Of a DNA stretch of 64,000 nt, positions 25,541 to 34,700 are shown piece by piece; within the stretch, counting starts at the first letter, position 1, and the number at the start of each line of letters is the position of its first letter. The stretch comes from Alphaproteobacteria bacterium (GTDB taxonomy: Bacteria; Pseudomonadota; Alphaproteobacteria; UBA828). The stretch spans positions 116,600-180,599 of the forward strand of contig CAXXVO010000011.1 of assembly GCA_963422645.2 (NCBI GenBank), given 5' to 3'. The notes below the pieces were generated by a model that had not been told where the DNA came from, ran no database searches, and saw only the letters and a list, made by a program, of their open reading frames with translations. The translations under genes and the position numbers were made by a program.

Positions 25541-27009
25541 GTCGTAGCGCTTGAGGCGGCCCTTGACCGGCAGGCCGCTATGGAGCCTTTCCAGCGCCGC
25601 CTCGAAGCGGTTCCGCCTGAGGCCGATGATCGCGTTCTCGGCCTTCTTCTTGCCCTCGCTGACGACGTAGAGCCGCGCCTCGCCGTCCTCGCTGGCAAGC
25701 CGCCAGGCGCGCACCTCGTGCCGCGCGCTGGTGATCAGCAGAGCCTCGGGCCCGCCCTCGGGCAGCGGCGGCCTGGCGCCGCGGCTGACCGCGATCCAGT
25801 CGTAGCCCTGCTCGCCCAGCCACGCGACGTTCTCCTCGGTGGCGATGCCCGCGTCCATGACCACCGTGGGCTTCGGCGCCGTGCCGCCGCACACCGCCTC
25901 GAGCCTGACCAGCGCGTCCTCCAGCGTGCCCGGCTCGCTCACGTTGCCCGGCAGGATCTCGCAACTGCGCGGGAAGCCTGCGCCGTCGAGCGCCAGCGCC
26001 AGCGTGATCAGCGGACAGTCGTCGCGCTTCTGCTTGGAGCGCCCGAACCTGGGAAGCTGGCCGTGGGTGTGGCCGTGGTAGTGGACATTGGTGAGATCGT
26101 AAAAGGCGATCGTTTCGGGCAGGTCGAGCAGCGCGCGCTCGCGGTTGAACAGCTCCCGCTGAATGGCGGCCCGGTGGCGCCAGAGCAGGTCGCCGATGCG
26201 GTAGAGCGTCTTGCGCCGCAGCGCCTTGCGGTCGCCCTCCAGCCCCAGGAGCTCGGCGGTCGCGCTGTCGCGGCGCAGCCAGCGGCTGGTGTCACGCTCG
26301 CTGGCGGGATGGACCATCCTGGCGACGATCAGCGCGCTGGCGATGCGCCCGTCGCGGCCCTTGATATCGAGGCCGTGGAGGATGTCGGCGAAGCCGAGGT
26401 CGTCGAGGGCCTTGAGGCACAGGCGCTCGCAGCCGACCGTGCGCGGGTTCTCGTGCTCCAGGGTATCGAGGTCGACGGTGGCGATGTCGGGCTTGCGCGC
26501 CTCTTCCTGTATCGCCTCGGGGCGGAACCCCCTGGCCCTGAGCTTGGCGACGATGTCCTCGGCTGCGGCCTGCACGTCCGGCGCGGCTTCGAGCAGCGGC
26601 GGGCGGCCGTTGAGCAGCGCCTCGGCGAGTCCGGCAACTTCGCGCCATTTCTCCTTCGGCACCGGATAGTCGGTGCCGAGGTTGAGAAGCGTGCGCTGCC
26701 TGACCTTGTCGCCGATGCGCTGCGAGAGCACGAGGCGATGGCTGCGGACCGGCTTGCCTTCGGTAGTGTGGGTCTTGGTTGCCCTGATGAACATGTCGCC
26801 CGGCACGTTTTGGTCGTGGCGGGTTCAGATATGTCGGCTTTGGTGGTGGGGTCAAGGGAAATCCTGCAAACCCACCATTCCCTGGCACTACAAAGGGAGT
26901 TCGAGACGGCAATCGCAAATGTAGGGGCGTGCCCTTCTCGTCAACGCTATATCTGGTGTGTCAGCCGGAAAAACCTGGCCAATTCGGCCCCGAACAAACG
27001 GAAAAAGTG
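25541..27009 (-). mobile_element. 5' portion of a second, different IS1634-family element (transposase truncated after ~420 codons)
   Basis: MFIRATKTHTTEGKPVRSHRLVLSQRIGDKVRQRTLLNLG... runs to ...KGRLKRYD, after which the ORF becomes nonsense (the track ORF 24392-26806 reads through the integrase region out of frame). The end region shares CTTTGTAGTGCC and GGCCGnATTnGGC blocks with the left end of the 7099 element. Confidence 0.6.
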
Positions 27010-27342
27010 CCAACTTGGGATGAGAAGATCTCAGGCGGCTTCCGCTCCCTGCAAGGCGCCTGCAACTTCGCCGGAATGCGCAGCGTCATCGTCACCGCTC
27101 GAAAGCAAGGCTGGAACATCCTGCAAATCCTGGCGCACCCGGAACCGATGCAGCTGATCCCTATACTGCGCTCCTGAACTTCTCCGGCTCATCCTGAGTA
27201 TCGCTGTCCTCTCATCTTGTTCGCGACGCGGCGTTCATCATCCTCTCGCGCTCAAGAGAGTAGGCACCCCCGCGGCGTGGGGGCGTTGACGCAAAAGGAA
27301 CTGGCTTGTTCCATAAGAGAGAGGGGGTACCTGGGCAGTTAC
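27010..27342 (+). mobile_element. IS66-family right-end remnant (last ~50 codons of TnpC plus terminus)
   Basis: KISGGFRSLQGACNFAGMRSVIVTARKQGWNILQILAHPEPMQLIPILRS (27025-27177) parallels the C-terminus of the intact TnpC, KISGGFRSIQGARDFANLRSVIATARKQRWNVLETLAHPDPIQLIPVLRF. It ends in GGTACCTGGGCAGTTAC at 27342. Confidence 0.7.
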
Positions 27343-27809
27343 GGGAAACCTTTGATCGCGAGGGGACGATTAGTATGAATGTACCAGGAACAAGAGTAAC
27401 GCCAAAACTCGCCGTATACGTAGCTAGCGAGTTTTTGAAAGAAGTTCCCGGATTAGTGCCCTCGGCGGATATCAAGTCAGCGAAATGTATTGATGCGAGG
27501 AACGGCGATGTAGTTTTTGATATTAGGATTCACGTTTAGCCTGACACCTGAGCGGACTATTCGGGCAAGGTCTGCCTTATGGGCCGTCGACGAGCTTCGC
27601 CGAAGGCGGTTCCTCTAGCCTTGATGGACGCGATGATGAGCGTGGAGTGCGCGGCGCAGGGCTATGCCGTCTGTCGCTGAGCGAATGGTGAGGCGTACGG
27701 CAATCCGCCGTCAAATGGTCCGTAGAGGGTAGCCTGCTCGACCTCGGCCGAAGCAAGCTCATTGCCCCCCTTTTGCCAGCCAAGATCGCATTTGAGTTTC
27801 TCGCGCTGT

Positions 27810-28463
27810 GCGGCCGAAGAGCTGGCGCTTGGCCTCCGCCACGAAGGCGTTGCCGGGGCCCACCAGCATGTCCACCGGTGCGATGCTGCCGGTGCCGAGC
27901 GCCATGGCGCCCACTGCCTGGATGCCGCCCAGCACATAGATCTCGTTGGCGCCCGCAAGGTGCTGGGCTGCGACGATCGCAGGCGCCGGCCTGCCCTCGA
28001 AGGGCGGCGCGCAGGTTGCAATGCGCTCGACGCCCGCCACCTTCGCCGTCACCACCGACATGTGGGCGGACGCCACCATCGGGTACTTGCCCCCCGGCAC
28101 GTAGCAGCCGACCGCGTTAACCGGGATGTTCTTGTGACCCAGCACCACGCCGGGCAAAGTCTCGACCTCGACATCCTGCAACGCGTCGCGCTGAGCCTGC
28201 GCAAAATTGCGAATTTGCTCCTGGGCAAAGAGGATGTCCTCGCGGTCCTGACCTGGCAGCCGATCCAGACAGGCTTCGATCTCCGCCTCGCTCAGCTGAA
28301 AGTCACCGCGCTCCCAGCGGTCGAACTTGATCGACATCTCGCGCACGGCTGCATCGCCCCGCTTCGCGATGTCGTTCAATGCGTCTTCCACGACGCGGCG
28401 GACCTTCTCGTCCGCTTCCGCGGCTTCCGCATCGCTGATTCCGGTCTTCAGGTATCGAGGCAT
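27810..28463 (-). pseudogene. Histidinol-dehydrogenase-family gene (HisD/HpsN-like), 3'-truncated at about codon 218
   Basis: MPRYLKTG...[28 protein letters not shown]...[16 protein letters not shown]...[18 protein letters not shown], then 16 unrelated codons and a stop. Full-length members of this family are about 430 aa. Confidence 0.7.
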
Positions 28464-28533
28464 CGGCGATCCTGCTTTCTGTTGCGCGCCTTACGGCGCA
28501 AGCACGCACGTGCAGCCGAATGGCGGTCGGGGC

Positions 28534-28818
28534 TCAAGTCTCGACGGTGACACCCCGCCAGAAGGCGACATGGTCCCGGATATTCTCGGCCGCAGACTTG
28601 GGGTCGGGGTAATGCCACGCGGCATCGGCGTTGCGCGCGCCGTCGACCTCGACCGAGTAGTAGTGGGCCGTGCCCTTCCAACCGCAGATGGTCGTGGTGT
28701 CACTCGGCGTGAGGAACGCGCGGTTCACGGTCTCCGGCGGGAAATAGACGTTGCCCTCCACGCTCTCTCACGTCTCGGACTCCGCGATGACCTGCCCCTG
28801 CCAGAGTGCGCGCGCCAT
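28534..28818 (-). pseudogene. DUF427-family gene interrupted by an in-frame TGA
   Basis: MARALWQGQVIAESET-TGA(28768-28770)-ESVEGNVYFPPETV...CGWKGTAHYYSVEVDG...AAWHYPDP...VAFW. Both parts are in one frame and together look like a normal ~94-aa DUF427 protein. The track ORF restarts at the GTG at 28761. Confidence 0.6.
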
Positions 28819-28847
28819 GCCGCGGTCCCCCTCGTTTCTCTCGTCGC

Positions 28848-29285
28848 CTACGTCTGCGGCACCCACTTGATGATGTGCTGGGCGACGGCGACGGTCTCGC
28901 CGCGCTGGTTGACCACCTCGATGTCGGAGAGCGCGCGGCGGCGCTCCTCGTCGATCTCGGCGACCGTGTAGGTCACGCTCACCGTGTCGTTGATAAAGAC
29001 CGGCGCGGTAAAGCGAATGCGGTCGTAGCCGAGCGAGACCGGGGTCTCGTCGCTCCCCTTCTCGTCGCATCGGGCGATCATCATGGTCGACGTGGTCGAC
29101 ATGAAACCGACCAGGAGAGCCCCGTGGGCGATTCGGTGCCCGTAGGACGTCTCGGACATGTAATGCTCGTTCACGTGAAGACCGTTCAGATCGCCGGTGA
29201 TGCCCGCGAACAGGTAGACATCGCTTTCGCCGACGGTCTTGGAAAACGTCACCTGCTCGCCGACGCTCACGTGGAAGTCGGACAT
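28848..29285 (-). CDS. MaoC-like (R)-hydratase / hotdog-fold dehydratase
   Basis: 145 aa. Motif: FAGITGDLNGLHVNEHYMSETSYGHRIAHGALLVGF. Confidence 0.8.
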   Translation of the reverse strand: MSDFHVSVGEQVTFSKTVGESDVYLFAGITGDLNGLHVNEHYMSETSYGHRIAHGALLVGFMSTTSTMMIARCDEKGSDETPVSLGYDRIRFTAPVFINDTVSVTYTVAEIDEERRRALSDIEVVNQRGETVAVAQHIIKWVPQT

Positions 29286-29351
29286 CCCTCGCTCCGAGAA
29301 TCGATTGGCTGACTTCGCTCAGGCGCCGCGGGAACCCCCGGTCGCAGACGG

Positions 29352-29948
29352 TCAAAGGCCGGCGGGCTTGCCCCAAGCGTCGGCGAAGACGAATTCGTCG
29401 AAAGGCCGCCGCGTGCGCGCTGAGATCTCCATTTCGCGGAGATCGTCGGGAAGAGAATCCGGATCCCCGGGATAGCCGATGGCGATCCCCGTCACGGGGT
29501 CGTAGCCCTCCGGCACACCGTACACCTCCCGGATCTTGTCCGCCTCGATGCCGGCCATCTGATGGGTCGCGTACCCGAGCTCCGTGGCTTGCAGCACGAG
29601 CTGACAGGCGGTGAGCCCGATATCGTGAACGCAGCAACTGTTGGGCGAATTGTTGTGGTCGAATGTGCGCTTGGTCACGGTGAGGATGAGCAACGAGGCA
29701 TTCCGCGCCCACACCTGGTTGCCCGGCACCAGGCAATCGAGCAGCTGCGCGAAGCGCTCTTCGTCGTCCCTGGTCGCGACCAGGAAGTGCCAGGGCTGCT
29801 GGTTGAAGCTCGACGCCGCCCAACGCGCGGCCTCCAGGAGCGTGAGGATATCCGCACGAGGCATCGCGCGCGGCTCGAAGGCGCGGGGACTCCAGCGCCG
29901 TCGCATCACGTCGTTGATCGGGTGTTCGGCTGCCGCCGGCTTCTCCAT
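29352..29948 (-). CDS. Nitroreductase-family protein
   Basis: 198 aa. Motif: RRWSPRAFEPRAMPRADILTLLEAARWAASSFNQQPWHFLV. Confidence 0.8.
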   Translation of the reverse strand: MEKPAAAEHPINDVMRRRWSPRAFEPRAMPRADILTLLEAARWAASSFNQQPWHFLVATRDDEERFAQLLDCLVPGNQVWARNASLLILTVTKRTFDHNNSPNSCCVHDIGLTACQLVLQATELGYATHQMAGIEADKIREVYGVPEGYDPVTGIAIGYPGDPDSLPDDLREMEISARTRRPFDEFVFADAWGKPAGL

Positions 29949-29978
29949 GTCCTCACTCCTCCACCATCGGGGCGGTCA

Positions 29979-31376
29979 CTACTCCGACCACAGCCACTCG
30001 CCCGGCTCCTCCCGCACGCTGCGGTAGTACGCCTCCGGGTCGTACAAGTCGACCGGGAGGCCGAGCTGTTGCGCGGTCAACGCGCCGATCGCCGCCTTCA
30101 ACTGATAAGCGGCGACGATCTCCTCCCGCTGCGCCCGGACCAGGTTGATTTGCGCCTTGAAATGCTCCTGTTCCGCGTCCAGCACATCGAGCGTGGTGCG
30201 CAGGCCGACCCGCGTCTCCTGCTCGACGCCGTCCAGCGCGACAGCCGCCGCGGCCACCTGCGACTCGAACGCGGCGATCTGCGCCCGTGCCGAGGTGAGC
30301 GCCCGCCAGGCCTGGGCGACCATCTCCTGCACCGTGCGCCGGGACTCGTCCAACTCGAGGAGCCGCTGCGACGCAATCTGCTTGGATTGCCGAATGCGCG
30401 CATTCGCGGCACCGCCCTGATAGAGAGGCACGCGCACGCTGGCCCTGATCGAGGCATCGGTGGTCTGATCGATGAGGTTCGAGTTGTCGAAGCGCTGCCG
30501 CAAATCGCCAACGATGGAGATCTGCGGCCTGAGCGCCGCAGATGCCGCCCCGATATCCGCCTGTGCCGCCTGGGCGATGAACGACGCCGCTGTGATCGAG
30601 GGGTTGGCGTCGTTGGCAGCGGCCAGCGCGTCCTCTTCGGATTCGGGCAGGCCCATGGGAACCGGCGGCCAGGAAAGCGTGCTCGGCACCTGACCTGTCA
30701 CCTGCTGATACATGGCGCGGGCGGACATCATGCCGCCCTCGGCCGCCACCCGTTCCGCACCCGCCTGTGCCAGCCGGGCCTCGGCCTGTGCCACATCGGT
30801 CCGCGTCACCTCGCCGACCTCGAGCCGGTCCATCGCGGCCTGAAGCCGGCGGCGCACCACTCTCTCGCTGCTGCGGCTGAGCTCGATCTCGGACAGAAAG
30901 CGGAGCACGTCCATGTAGGCGGTCACCGTGTCGAGCAGGATCGACTGCTCGACCGCCTGGAGCTGCGCCCGGCCAGCGTTGACCCGGTTCTCGGCCGAAT
31001 CGATCTGCGCGGAGACCCGTCCGCCCTGGTAGAGGGGCGCGGTGGCCGTGAGCCCGACGCCGTGAGGGGCGGTGGTATGGCTCCCGGCGTTGGGAACCAT
31101 GCCGTCGGTCCTGCTGTAGGAGGCGCCGATGTCGCCCGCGATCTCCACCGTGGGGCGCCAGCCAGCCAGTGCCGCCGGCACCTCCTCGTCCACCGCGCGA
31201 AGCCGGGCGCGCTGGGCCTGCAAGGCCGGGTTGTTCTGGTACGCGTACACGAGCGCGTCTTCCAGAGTCTGCGCGGCGGCGCCCTGAGTGAACGCCAACG
31301 CGCCAGCGAAGAGCGCGCCGGACAGGACGCCAAGCGCGATTGTTCCGATCGAGGAGTGCCGTCGTCTGCGAGTCAT
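29979..31376 (-). CDS. tolC: TolC-family outer-membrane efflux/type I secretion protein
   Basis: 465 aa with a signal peptide, then TLEDALVYAYQNNPALQAQRARLRAVDE and a repeated coiled/beta architecture. It sits in the pcm-rhodanese-tolC arrangement that I recall being common in Alphaproteobacteria. Confidence 0.85.
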   Translation of the reverse strand: MTRRRRHSSIGTIALGVLSGALFAGALAFTQGAAAQTLEDALVYAYQNNPALQAQRARLRAVDEEVPAALAGWRPTVEIAGDIGASYSRTDGMVPNAGSHTTAPHGVGLTATAPLYQGGRVSAQIDSAENRVNAGRAQLQAVEQSILLDTVTAYMDVLRFLSEIELSRSSERVVRRRLQAAMDRLEVGEVTRTDVAQAEARLAQAGAERVAAEGGMMSARAMYQQVTGQVPSTLSWPPVPMGLPESEEDALAAANDANPSITAASFIAQAAQADIGAASAALRPQISIVGDLRQRFDNSNLIDQTTDASIRASVRVPLYQGGAANARIRQSKQIASQRLLELDESRRTVQEMVAQAWRALTSARAQIAAFESQVAAAAVALDGVEQETRVGLRTTLDVLDAEQEHFKAQINLVRAQREEIVAAYQLKAAIGALTAQQLGLPVDLYDPEAYYRSVREEPGEWLWSE

Positions 31377-31388
31377 GGGCCGCTCCTT

Positions 31389-31718
31389 TCAGTAGGTCGG
31401 CATGGCGGGATCGACCGTGCGAGCCCAGGCATCGATGCCGCCTTCCAGGTTGACCGCATTGTCGTAGCCGAGCCGCTGGAGCCATGCGGTGACCTGACCG
31501 CTCCGCTGGCCGTGGTGGCAAAGCACCACCAGCGGCCGATCCGCCGGCAGGGATTCGACCCGATCAGGCAGCTCGTTCATGGGGATTGTCATGGCCTCGG
31601 GCAGCGCACCGAGCGCCACCTCCCAGGGCTCGCGCACATCGAGCAGCGCGTAGGCCTCCGGCCCGGCGCGCAGCGCCGCGAAGTCCCCGACCGAGAGCGC
31701 CGGCACCTCTCCCTGCAT
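31389..31718 (-). CDS. Rhodanese-domain sulfurtransferase (single domain)
   Basis: MQGEVPALSVGDFAAL...LLDVREPWE...VVLCHHGQRSGQ (active-site Cys loop). The ATG at 31718 lies 4 nt after the pcm stop, so the longer track ORF (to 31931) overlaps pcm and is rejected. Confidence 0.8.
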   Translation of the reverse strand: MQGEVPALSVGDFAALRAGPEAYALLDVREPWEVALGALPEAMTIPMNELPDRVESLPADRPLVVLCHHGQRSGQVTAWLQRLGYDNAVNLEGGIDAWARTVDPAMPTY

Positions 31719-31722
31719 GGAC

Positions 31723-32379
31723 CTAGAACTCGAATTGCGCCGGCCGGACGATGCCCGGAAGCGGCGGCAGCGACGCTTCGAACAGGGAGCGGCTGGAGAG
31801 CGCCCCCCGGTGCCGCGCCCAGAGGGTCGCCTGCCCCACCCTACCGGGCTCACGCACGACACCCACGATCCTGCCCGCCTCGGCAAGCTGGTCCGCCAGC
31901 GCCTGCGGCAGGTGATCGACCGCACCGCCAACCAGGATCACGTCGTAGGGCGCCTGCTCGTCAAAGCCGTCGGCGAGCGGGCCGGTCACGACGATCGCAT
32001 TGTCGGCGCCGACGGCGCTCAACGCCTGTTCAGCCTCGGCCGCCAGCGATTTGTCGGTGTCCAGCGCGATCACGGTGCCCGCGAGGCGGGCCATGACCGC
32101 CGAGGCGTAGCCCGTGCCGCAACCGACATCGAGAACCATGTCACTCGCCCTGATCTCGGCCTCTTGCACCAGCCGCGCGAGCACCATCGGCTCCATCAGG
32201 TAGCGGCCGGAGGCGATCTCCACGTCCTCGTCCACATAAGCGACGCCTCGCTTGGCGCGCGGGACGAAGAGCTCGCGGGGTATCTCCTCCATCGCCTCGA
32301 TCAGCCGCTCATCGGTAACGCGGTTGGTCCTGATCTGGCCGGAGACCATGTTTTGGCGCGCGACGGCGTGGTCGATCAT
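31723..32379 (-). CDS. pcm: Protein-L-isoaspartate O-methyltransferase
   Basis: 218 aa. Motifs: MVSGQIRTNRVTDERLIEAMEEIPRELFVP...VLDVGCGTGYASAVMARL. Confidence 0.85.
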   Translation of the reverse strand: MIDHAVARQNMVSGQIRTNRVTDERLIEAMEEIPRELFVPRAKRGVAYVDEDVEIASGRYLMEPMVLARLVQEAEIRASDMVLDVGCGTGYASAVMARLAGTVIALDTDKSLAAEAEQALSAVGADNAIVVTGPLADGFDEQAPYDVILVGGAVDHLPQALADQLAEAGRIVGVVREPGRVGQATLWARHRGALSSRSLFEASLPPLPGIVRPAQFEF

Positions 32380-32658
32380 CTGGTGGAAAATCCGTTGGAG
32401 ACAGGGGTTGCTATTTCATTCTAGTGCGTATTGCCGGCGAATGGCAACGCAACTGCAAAGGCGGCACAATGATCGAGACGCCGCAACATGACTCGACCGT
32501 GACCAATACTTACAATATGTCGTAGCTATACCCGGCGTACCATCGCTATATATTGGTATTTCTGTCTAATGGTGCGCGCTGTTGGCCGAGAAATACTGTG
32601 GCACGACAGGGAGCCTTCGCCGCACTACGAAGGCGGCCATCGACCGCCGAGGCGTCGC

Positions 32659-33642
32659 TCAGCCCCGGCGGGCGCTACCCTTCGACTTTCGCTTCGGCGG
32701 CGGCCCCGAGGGACCCGCCACCAGGTTGCCCTTCTCGCTGAACAGGAAGCAGTGCTCGGGCGGGTAGCCCACCGTCTCACCCTCGCGCTCGATGTGCTCC
32801 GGCCAGATGGCCAGGGTGGCGCGCTCGCCGGCAGCCGCCTCGCCCCCCTCCCACGGAATTGTGAGGATGTCACCGTCCTTGAGACGCACGGTGATCGCGT
32901 CCGGCTCCGTGCCCATCACGCGCGCGGCGCGGAGTCTTGCACCCAGGAGCTTGGCGACCCGGCGGGAGGCGGGCCATTGGTGGATTCGCTTCGGACTGCC
33001 CATTTGCAGCCTGCTACCTTCGTCGAGGACGACGACCCAGTCGGCGAGGTCGTCAAGGTCATCGACTGCGCCGGTGGCATAGACCACGGTGCGCCCGAAC
33101 TCGTCCCTGAGCCGCTTCATCTCGCTGATTGCGAGCCTGCGCAGGACCGGGTCTTCCTCCGTCGGCAGCTCGAAGAGGTAGACCCCGGGGTCGCGCACCA
33201 GCGCGCGTGCAAGGCCGATCTTGTAGCACTGAACGTCGGTGAGCTTCTTGGGGCGCAGCGTGAGAAGGTCGGTGAGTTCGAAGTGCTCGCTCACGGCAAG
33301 CACCCGCGCCTCGATGGTCTCCCGGTCGAAGCGGGCGATCCTGAGCGGATAGGCGATATTCTCCAAGGCCGTCTTGTGCGGCATCAGCGCGGCGGTGCGG
33401 AAGACCGTCGCCGCCTCCCGAATCCCGGCACTGTGCCCGAGCACGTCCTCGCCGTCGATCAGGATGGAGCCGCCTTGCGGTTTCTCGATCCCCGCGATGA
33501 CCTTGAGCGCCGTGAGGCGGCCCGACTCGTCATCGCCCAAGAGCGCGGTGATACGGCCCGACGGTGCTTTCAGACTCAACTCGTCGAGGATGATACGCCG
33601 GTGGTGCCAGCGATCGACTTTATTCAGCTCAAGCTCGGCCAT
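32659..33642 (-). CDS. MalK/UgpC-like ABC nucleotide-binding-domain protein with degenerate catalytic motifs (orphan)
   Basis: Overall ABC-NBD plus C-terminal regulatory-domain layout, but every motif is altered. Walker A is GDDESGRLT, the Q-loop is VFRTAALMPH, the signature is LTDVQ, Walker B is YLFELP and the H-loop is YATGAVDD. No permease or binding-protein gene is adjacent. Confidence 0.7.
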   Translation of the reverse strand: MAELELNKVDRWHHRRIILDELSLKAPSGRITALLGDDESGRLTALKVIAGIEKPQGGSILIDGEDVLGHSAGIREAATVFRTAALMPHKTALENIAYPLRIARFDRETIEARVLAVSEHFELTDLLTLRPKKLTDVQCYKIGLARALVRDPGVYLFELPTEEDPVLRRLAISEMKRLRDEFGRTVVYATGAVDDLDDLADWVVVLDEGSRLQMGSPKRIHQWPASRRVAKLLGARLRAARVMGTEPDAITVRLKDGDILTIPWEGGEAAAGERATLAIWPEHIEREGETVGYPPEHCFLFSEKGNLVAGPSGPPPKRKSKGSARRG

Positions 33643-33653
33643 TGCTCGCCCCG

Positions 33654-34700
33654 CTATACTTCGAGCACGATTTTGCCGAAGACTGCGCGCGCGGCAAGTC
33701 GTTCGTGGGCGGTGCGCATCTCGGCCAGAGGCAAAATCTCGCCGATCACCGGCCTGAGCTTGCCCTGCTCCATCAGGCGCAGGACCTCGTGGTTGGTCGA
33801 CTTCGGCGCGAAGTGGCAGCTCGTCATGGTAATCTGCTTGCGGAAAAACTCGATCATATCGATCTCGACCTTCTCGCCCGCATGCGCGCCGCAGGTGGCG
33901 AGCCGCCCGTTGAGCGCAAGTGCGTCAAGGCTCTGCTGTAGCACCGAACCGCCCACCATTTCGATACAAACATCGACGCCGCGGCCTTCGGTGAGATCGC
34001 GCACGGCGTCGCCGATCGCCGGCGTCTCATTGTAGTTGATGACCTCGTCTGCACCGAGCTGACGGGCACGCGCGAGCTTCTCGTCGGAGCCGGCGGTGGC
34101 GATGATCCGCGCGCCCGCGACGCGCGCGCACTGGATCGCTGCCGAACCGACGCCGCTGCCGGCGGCGTTGATGAGCACGTCCTCGCCCTGGCGCACTTGC
34201 GCCTTCTTCACCACCAGCTCCCAGGCCGTGGCGAAGGCGACCTGCCCCGCTGCTGCGTCGAGCGCCGAGACGCCGTCGGGAATTCGGAGCACGTTGTGGT
34301 GGGAGACCGTCACGTATTCGGCGTAGGTGCCCCAGCAGGTCACGCCCAGCTTCTCGAAATCTAGGCAGATGTTGTCCATGCCGAGGGCGCAGTTGCACAC
34401 CCTGTGCCGGCAGAGGCCGGACGTGATCGTGAGGAAGGGCATGACGCGGTCGCCGGGGCGAAAGGCGCTTACCGCGCTGCCGGTCTCTGCGACCGTGCCG
34501 GCGCCCTCCACGCCCAAAATGTGCGGCATGTCGAGGCTGAGATAGCCGGAGATGCCGTCGCAGACGTCGAGGTCGAAATGGTTGAGGCCCACCGTCTCGA
34601 GGTTGATGAGGACGTCATCGGGGCCGACCGCCGGCGTCTCGATGTCCTCGCAGACGAGCTCCTCCGGCCCGCCGTGGCGGTGGATGACGACCGCCTTCAT
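33654..34700 (-). CDS. Zinc-type alcohol dehydrogenase / quinone oxidoreductase family (MDR)
   Basis: MKAVVIHRHGGPEELVCEDIETPAVGPDDVLINLETVGLNHFD...INAAGSGVGSAAIQ. The ATG at 34700 overlaps the stop of the upstream VOC gene. The longer track ORF (to 35117) is a read-through artefact. Confidence 0.85.
   Translation of the reverse strand: MKAVVIHRHGGPEELVCEDIETPAVGPDDVLINLETVGLNHFDLDVCDGISGYLSLDMPHILGVEGAGTVAETGSAVSAFRPGDRVMPFLTITSGLCRHRVCNCALGMDNICLDFEKLGVTCWGTYAEYVTVSHHNVLRIPDGVSALDAAAGQVAFATAWELVVKKAQVRQGEDVLINAAGSGVGSAAIQCARVAGARIIATAGSDEKLARARQLGADEVINYNETPAIGDAVRDLTEGRGVDVCIEMVGGSVLQQSLDALALNGRLATCGAHAGEKVEIDMIEFFRKQITMTSCHFAPKSTNHEVLRLMEQGKLRPVIGEILPLAEMRTAHERLAARAVFGKIVLEV

Noticed and set aside
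24392-26806. 804-aa minus-strand ORF as a single gene.
   Set aside because: Only the first ~420 codons (26806 to ~25541) look like an IS1634-family transposase. The rest is out-of-frame read-through, low-complexity and Arg/Pro-rich, across the junction and the integrase pseudogene.
28768-28770. The in-frame TGA of the DUF427 gene as a selenocysteine codon.
   Set aside because: No SECIS-like stem-loop is evident immediately downstream. DUF427 is not a known selenoprotein family. A nonsense mutation or a sequencing error is more parsimonious.
31389-31931. Long versions of several track ORFs: 31389-31931, 33654-35117, 42736-43407, 58923-59579, 60460-63117, 5624-6688 and 52173-53720.
   Set aside because: The N-terminal extensions are low-complexity, overlap the upstream gene, or lack homology-like sequence. 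Internal ATG codons with Shine-Dalgarno-like sequences sit at the points where the family-typical N-termini begin.
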